In this document: positions 37,398 through 39,748 of the stretch, piece after piece
How positions within the stretch are numbered: position 1 is the first letter of the stretch
Layout of the letters: every line of letters begins with the position of its first letter
DNA from: Prochlorococcus marinus str. MIT 9215
GTDB taxonomy: Bacteria > Cyanobacteriota > Cyanobacteriia > PCC-6307 > Cyanobiaceae
Direction of reading: 5' to 3'
NCBI GenBank assembly: GCA_949486985.1
Contig: CATBLW010000002.1
Coordinates: 1-39,748 of the forward strand
DNA: 39,748 nt
Notes under the pieces: model-generated
Seen by the model: only the letters and a program-made list of their open reading frames with translations
Told to the model about the DNA's origin: nothing
Databases searched by the model: none
Program-made: the position numbers and the translations under genes

Positions 37398-38558
37398 TTG
37401 GACTCGCGTCGGTGGTGGTGGCTCTGGAGTCGATGCAAGGGCTTAGGCGTGGCGCGCATGCGCGACCTTGAAGCATTGGCGAGGCAAAGCCAAGTCGGGC
37501 TGGCTGAAATATGGCTTTGGCCTGAAGAGCAATTGAGAAAGGCGTTGCCTTGGCCAGCGCATCTTTTTCAAGCGCTTGACTTGCATCGGCGTGAATGGGG
37601 AGTTGCGCCAAGCATCCAAGTCCCCGATGAGGCCTTATTGCCAATCGATTCATTTTGGCCAGATGGCTTGCGGTCTTTGAAACGCCCTCCCTTGGCATTG
37701 TTTTGGAAGGGGCGGGCGGCTCTTTGGCGTTGCCTCGGTGATCGTCAGGCCGTGGCCATTGTGGGCACGCGGCAGGCTTCTCCACATGGGGTTCGTGTGG
37801 CGGAAGAGTTTGGCCAAGCGTTGGCTCATTCAGGCTGGCCGGTCGTGAGTGGGCTCGCGGAAGGAGTTGATGCAGCTGCTCATCGTGGCTGTCTAAAGGC
37901 CGGAGGCGTTCCGGTCGCTGTATTGGGAACGCCTTTGAATCGTGCGTATCCCCTTCAGCACGCGGCTCTTCAATCTGAGGTTGAGTCTGCGGGGTTGCTG
38001 TTGACAGAGCAGCCAAAAAATGTGCCAGTGCAGCGTGCTTATTTCGCTGCACGCAATCGATTACTTGTGGGCTTGGTCAAGCTTGTTGTTGTTGTTGAAT
38101 GTCCAGAACGTAGCGGTGCATTGATTTCTGCAAGGTTGGCCTTTGAGATGAATTGTCCTGTTGGGGTGGTGCCAGGTGATGCGAGGCGTTGGTCGGCTGC
38201 TGGTAGTAATGCGCTTTTGCTTGATCGGGCTTTCCCTTTGCTGAGTCCCGAATCTCTTTTGAGCCAGTTAGGTGCTGGGCCACTTGCAAAGTCCGCCGGT
38301 GCAGCTGAGTTATCCGGTGCAGCCGAGTCATCCGATTCAGCCGAGTTGGCCGATTCAGAGCTTGTCGAACAGGTTGGTGGGCAATCTCAGCATGAGAAAA
38401 ATAACTTGCTGTTAAGGGCTTTGGGGGATGGTGCTTCGATGAAGGATTTGGTGGAGTGCCTCAAGCTTCCTCCTGGAAAGATTGCGGAAGATCTGCTGCA
38501 GCTTGAGTTGCAAGGTCTGTTGGTGGCTGAGCCTGGCTTGCGTTGGCGTCCGGCTTAG
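37398..38558 (+). CDS. dprA: DNA-processing protein DprA (Smf)
   Basis: 386 aa with the Rossmann-like core VAIVGTRQASPHGVRVAEEFGQALAHSGWPVVSGLAEGVDAAAHRGCL...GGVPVAVLGTPLNRAYP...RNRLLVGL and a C-terminal winged-helix-like region. The start is uncertain (TTG). Confidence 0.85.
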   Translation: MDSRRWWWLWSRCKGLGVARMRDLEALARQSQVGLAEIWLWPEEQLRKALPWPAHLFQALDLHRREWGVAPSIQVPDEALLPIDSFWPDGLRSLKRPPLALFWKGRAALWRCLGDRQAVAIVGTRQASPHGVRVAEEFGQALAHSGWPVVSGLAEGVDAAAHRGCLKAGGVPVAVLGTPLNRAYPLQHAALQSEVESAGLLLTEQPKNVPVQRAYFAARNRLLVGLVKLVVVVECPERSGALISARLAFEMNCPVGVVPGDARRWSAAGSNALLLDRAFPLLSPESLLSQLGAGPLAKSAGAAELSGAAESSDSAELADSELVEQVGGQSQHEKNNLLLRALGDGASMKDLVECLKLPPGKIAEDLLQLELQGLLVAEPGLRWRPA

Positions 38559-38567
38559 CCTCTACTG

Positions 38568-39461
38568 ATGAAAAGGCAGGAGCTTCACGCCGAAAAGCTT
38601 CTGACATGGCGGCGTCAGCAGTTGGCGATTGGCGGTCGAGCTGTTGATCTCGACTGGCTGTTGGATCTCGCTGGTGGATTGGCTTGGAGTGCATTGCAAC
38701 AGTTGTATCTCGATTCAAATCGTCCAGTGGAGTTGGGGGAATCCTTGGAGCAGCTGGAAAAGCTTTGGCGTCGTCATCTTGATGACCATGTTCCTTTGCA
38801 GCACCTCATCGGTCGTTGCCCCTGGCGAGATATCGAACTCGAGGTGAGTCCAGCAGCCTTGATCCCACGCCAGGAAACTGAGCTCTTGGTGGACTTCGCC
38901 CTGGAGGATGTCAAGTCCAAGTCCAGTGGGCGTTGGGCCGATTTGGGAACGGGATCAGGTGCCCTCGCCGTCGCTATGGCTAGAGCCTTGCCTCGTTGGC
39001 GTGGTCATGCGGTGGATTGCAGTCAGGAGGCTTTGATGTTGGCGTCGAGGAACCTCCAGCGGTTAGCCCCTTCCGCTTCTTGGACTGTGCACTGCGGTAG
39101 TTGGTGGGAGCCTTTGCAACCTTGGTGGGGCTCCTTCGACTTGGTGCTTGCTAATCCTCCCTATATCCCTCAAGCGCTTTTGGCTCAATTGGAACCTGTT
39201 GTTAGGGACCATGAGCCTCATTTGGCTCTTTCTGGTGGCATGGATGGCTTGGAGTCATGTCGCCAGGTCATTGCTGGTGCCACCAAGGCTCTTGGGCCTG
39301 GAGGATTGCTGTTGCTAGAGCATCACCATGACCAGAGTGATGCCGTGTTGATTTTGATGAGGGATCAAGGGTTAACGGATGTGGCCTTCAAATTTGATTT
39401 GCAGGGAGTCAGGCGCTTTGCTCTTGGTCGGCATCCTGTCTCTTTGCCTCTGCCGGGTTGA
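38568..39461 (+). CDS. prmC: release-factor glutamine N5-methyltransferase
   Basis: 297 aa with the SAM-binding DLGTGSGALAV and the catalytic NPPY (VLANPPYIP). Confidence 0.9.
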   Translation: MKRQELHAEKLLTWRRQQLAIGGRAVDLDWLLDLAGGLAWSALQQLYLDSNRPVELGESLEQLEKLWRRHLDDHVPLQHLIGRCPWRDIELEVSPAALIPRQETELLVDFALEDVKSKSSGRWADLGTGSGALAVAMARALPRWRGHAVDCSQEALMLASRNLQRLAPSASWTVHCGSWWEPLQPWWGSFDLVLANPPYIPQALLAQLEPVVRDHEPHLALSGGMDGLESCRQVIAGATKALGPGGLLLLEHHHDQSDAVLILMRDQGLTDVAFKFDLQGVRRFALGRHPVSLPLPG

Positions 39462-39464
39462 AAG

Positions 39465-39748
39465 ATGAAACTGTCACCTTCTTCCATTCTTGATGCCAGC
39501 AGCCTGGCAGCGCGATTGCATTCGGGTTCAGTGGTTTTATTGCCTACAGATACCCTGCCTGCTTTGGCGGTTTGTCCAGAGCACGCTGCAAAGCTCTGGA
39601 GCATCAAACAAAGACCCTTGGATAAACCGTTGATTCTCATGGGTGCTAATGCGGAAGAGCTTTTGAAGCACGTTTCACCTTTGGCCTTGGAGGATGCATG
39701 GTTTATGGCAAAGCGTTATTGGCCTGGTGCGCTCACCTTGGTTTTGCC
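39465..39748 (+). CDS. Sua5/YciO/YrdC-family (threonylcarbamoyl-AMP synthase-like) protein, N-terminal fragment running off the right edge
   Basis: The ATG at 39465 gives MKLSPSSILDASSLAARLHSGSVVLLPTDTLPALAVCP...KQRPLDKPLILMG...YWPGALTLVL. The PTDT...A, K.RP..KPL and WPG.LT motifs define the family. Confidence 0.8.
   Translation, partial: MKLSPSSILDASSLAARLHSGSVVLLPTDTLPALAVCPEHAAKLWSIKQRPLDKPLILMGANAEELLKHVSPLALEDAWFMAKRYWPGALTLVL

Noticed and set aside
37390-38052. 220-aa ORF on the minus strand, entirely inside dprA
   Set aside because: Its composition is Pro/Ala/Arg/His-rich and low-complexity, it has no recognisable domain, and it lies antisense to a well-supported gene. This is a typical shadow ORF of GC-rich coding DNA.

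Overview
The window reads as a chromosome segment from a marine Synechococcus-type picocyanobacterium, in three blocks.

(1) 1-21.8 kb is the phycoerythrin half of a phycobilisome (PBS) rod gene region.
- It holds an ho1 fragment, cpeBA, cpeZ, an inverted E/F-type lyase, cpeY and cpeS-cpeT-cpeR.
- It also holds the linker operon cpeC-mpeD-cpeE and mpeY-mpeBA.
- The alpha chain at 11785-12282 carries the extra Cys-75 typical of PE-II, so both PE-I and PE-II are encoded.
- The block ends with a pentapeptide-repeat protein, Nif11-domain proteins, a membrane-anchored cpcG2, an allophycocyanin-like paralogue and a CpcT-family lyase.

(2) 21.8-26.8 kb is an AT-rich accessory interval that ends at the 3' end of tRNA-Phe(GAA).

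(3) 26.9-39.7 kb is ordinary core genome: comF-like, DUF2470, FGGY kinase, metK, HAD hydrolase, rpsA, nrdR, psbB-psbT, 2Fe-2S ferredoxin, psbM, tandem USP, thioesterase, dprA, prmC and a Sua5/YrdC fragment.

The most interesting content is two divergent paralogues of a fused CpcE-CpcF (RpcG-architecture) bilin lyase.
- Both carry the HC-containing (N/D)HCQG motif associated with isomerising lyases, and neither sits next to phycocyanin genes.
- One (25096-26505) lies in the tRNA-Phe island directly behind a ribbon-helix-helix gene and a Nif11-domain gene. This trio mirrors the fciC-unk10-mpeZ part of CA4 chromatic-acclimation islands, but has no AraC regulators and uses a different lyase family.
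- The other (15089-16468) is an isolated AT-rich gene inside the PE-II subregion, bracketed by about 0.9 and 0.8 kb of ORF-free DNA and next to a tandem-Nif11 protein.

No CRISPR array, IS element, integrase or rRNA is visible. All family calls rest on motif recognition by eye. No database search was run.
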